From: Magallana gigas
Lineage: Eukaryota
Length of the DNA: 64,000 nt
Assembly: GCF_963853765.1 (NCBI RefSeq)
Contig: NC_088859.1
Coordinates: 13,702,001 to 13,766,000 of the forward strand
Direction: 5' to 3'
The notes beneath the pieces were generated by a model that was not told the DNA's origin, did no database searches, and worked only from the letters and a program-made list of their open reading frames with translations. This document shows, one piece after another, positions 61,436 to 64,000 of this stretch; within the stretch, counting starts at the first letter, position 1; each line of letters starts with the position of its first letter. Made by a program: the position numbers and the translations under genes.

Positions 61436-61655
61436 TACTGTAAATTCCTAATTAAAGGCGAGGAATTAATATCCGCGTAAAATCGCGAGAAGAATCCTTC
61501 GCGAATTTTAAAATCTCGCCATTATTTTCTGAGAGTTGAAACTATAAGAAATATGGAATATGGTTCAACGTTCGCGATATTATATTCTCGCGATTTGATA
61601 CACACCAGTGATATCGTGGAATTAAGTACTCGCGTAATATAAGGAATTTAAAGTA
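61436..61655 (+). mobile_element. Younger, CpG-retaining copy of the TACTGTAAATTC MITE family
   Basis: TIRs tactgtaaattcctaatt / tataaggaatttaaagta; many intact CG (ccgcgta, tcgcgaga, ttcgcga). Confidence 0.85.
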
Positions 61656-64000
61656 ACATTGATTTTATACGGATAGTTCCATGATTCCATATGTTGGCTA
61701 AAGATGACAATTTTTCAATTCTATTTTGCAAGTACTTGTGTATAGATTTAGTTGTTCTTCTAGCTACACTGATTTCTGATCAAAGAATTACAATGTATAA
61801 CCAGGATATTGAATGAATATAAGTAAAGTTGATTAAGTTCATCAGAAATTATAGGTACAGAACAACCACAAGTTATTTATTACATCTGCGTATGTATAAG
61901 CCTTTTACACCCATCCTCTCACACCTGAAAACAGATCTTGTTATTATTGTTATTTATTATTTCTTAGCTCTCTGAATGGCTGTTATTCAGCATTCTAGAA
62001 TTTGTAATACATGTATTGCATATTCACTTGCATGTGACCCTTCAGGTGGAAATAACATTGATAGGGAATTTTCAAACTGGTATGATTGGTTATCATCATT
62101 CGTGTCGTCCAATGAAAAGCCCCATTTATCCCTCCTTGCTTAACGAGGCTCAGTTTGATCAGTCTGTATCATTTTTCACTGAATCATACAATAAAATCAT
62201 CTTTATCCTCTTTTTGCACCTAAATAATGATTTATCTATCCTCAAAGTATTACTTTTACCTTCTTGTAAAGCTGAGTCATTGCACTGGAATTAAAATCAT
62301 CAATAATCGCATATATAATGTTCAATATTCAGACCTTTACGCCTGCATTTTGACATGTTTTCCCCTTAATTGTAGAAAAAAATGATGGGAAAATACAATG
62401 AGTTAGCTACCCTCAAAGTATGTTTTGTCTGGGTAAGGTGGCAGGGGATAGTTTCGAATGAAAGACCCGGTCAAAAATTTGAAATAAAGGAAGAACCTGA
62501 GGTTTGGCTGGTTATTTGAGGAGTATAAATTGCTAGAATATTTATTGCATTCATTTTGTGGATATAGGAGCTCATGTCCATTTCATTGATATATGGCACT
62601 CTAGAACTGGTAGAACTTTTCATCAGATATGGAATGAAAATGCGAAACTGTGGCCAAAATTTGAACTTAAGGTTTAGTGCTTGAAAAGTAGGGGTGGGTT
62701 CAGAACACGAAATGTCACTCGAAAAGAAGGTGATTGACTTCCATTTAATTGGTGAGTATTCGCATGGGTAGACATTAAGCTACAAATTCTGTGGTAGTTT
62801 GTTGGCAGTTGCTCGGGACTGGAGCGTGGTGCTGGACCCATGAAAATGTGAAAAAAGGGCAATTTTTCTGAAAGTTTTGAGACCGTTCCTGGCTATTCTA
62901 TATAGTGCTTTATGTAAGTTGTACTTGTTTTATTCTGAAATGTTTAAAAATTCACAAGAGTGAGGACCATGTGTCCCCAGCATGCAAACCAATTTTAGTA
63001 AATTTGAAAATCCACTGAAAAATTAGATCACATATATGCATGAGCACTATCTGCTTAACATTTCCTTGACCAAAAATACTATCCCCTGCCACCTAGATAT
63101 TGTTCTATGAGAGTAGCAACAATTGTTCAAATTATATAAAATGTATGTTATACTACATTGGTATCTTATGGAAAAAAAAATTAGAGAAACATTTTGTTGT
63201 ACATATTATTGATAGATGCCATATCTACATGCTCAATGCTCTTAGTCCAGTTAAGCAATAACTCACACATAATTGTAGTTTATTATATATTGAGACATAC
63301 ATTCAATATCTCTATCAGTCACAGTGAATTAAGATAATCAGTGACAGAACAATTAGGAACGGGTATTGTTACATTGAATGTCAGTTTCCTTTGTCATTAG
63401 TGCCATCCATTTTGCAAGCTAAGAACCAATAGTTCTCGTCAGACAGCCCAACATAGAAACTAAAAGGGATTTATCACGTTTTCAAAATTCCCTTAAAAAA
63501 TTCTTTGATATGTGTATATGTAAAAAGATATTGTTGAAATGATTGCTCTTAAAACCAATTCAACACTTTTTTTAAACATCAAAAGTCTGAATTTCAAGAT
63601 ACAATAAAACTTGTCTAATCCGGCGGAGGGTGGTTCTGAAAAATGGTTTGGAGAACATATTGTTGCAAGTTAATTTTAGTATTTAATGCAATAGGTCTTG
63701 ATCGTCTATTCTTGCAAAATGTTTAATTCTTCTGAAATATGTTATCCCCCCCCCCCCCCCCCTCGATCGTGATTACGGTGCAAATTTTCATTTTCTATTT
63801 GGAAAACAATAATTGCATAACGGAATACGTACGATGGAAATACTTTTCACGATAAATTTTCAAACACCTGATTAACCTGAGAAGTCCGACACAAGACAAG
63901 TGCATGAATCACTGGAAATAGTTAAACAAACATTGATTACGTGACCAGTCAACAGGTGGCTGATTATGTAAAGGTGAGAACTGTTTTGATGCAAGAAACA

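Noticed and set aside
1-64000. Most ORFs in the supplied six-frame track, including the 158-aa ORF at 39446-39922
   Set aside because: Low-complexity F/I/L/K-rich translations typical of AT-rich introns, many with TTG/GTG starts and no domains. Only those overlapping SGTA and NCS exons are real, and only in part.

Overview
This is AT-rich eukaryotic genomic DNA, most likely from a bivalve such as an oyster (Crassostrea/Magallana-like). That is inferred from Helentron-type elements carrying ~166-bp satellite-like units. It is not prokaryotic, and I found no CRISPR, rRNA or tRNA. Two spliced protein-coding genes can be rebuilt exon by exon. The first is SGTA (TPR co-chaperone) on the minus strand, with 10 coding exons at 1551-5139 encoding 326 aa. 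The second is a myristoylated neuronal calcium sensor (NCS-2/neurocalcin-like) on the plus strand, with 3 coding exons at 41296-43376 encoding 192 aa. Between them lie a CpG-rich, transposon-laden divergent promoter zone (~5.5-8.9 kb) and ~32 kb of CpG-poor non-coding sequence. The latter looks like a very long 5' intron/UTR region of the NCS gene and holds several candidate non-coding exons plus one candidate antisense exon. A CpG-rich intergenic block (~45.2-50.9 kb) contains a satellite-bearing Helentron, an 87-nt hairpin, and a Mutator-like element (80-bp TIRs, 9-bp TSD) carrying a promoter-like GGAAGTAAACATGGCG cassette. From ~50.6 kb a third plus-strand transcription unit probably begins; only candidate non-coding exons are visible. 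Two assembly gaps are present. Almost all ORFs in the supplied track are spurious. I found no clearly new biological system. The best leads are the cargo-bearing MULE family, the hairpin, the antisense exon and the inverted MITE pair.
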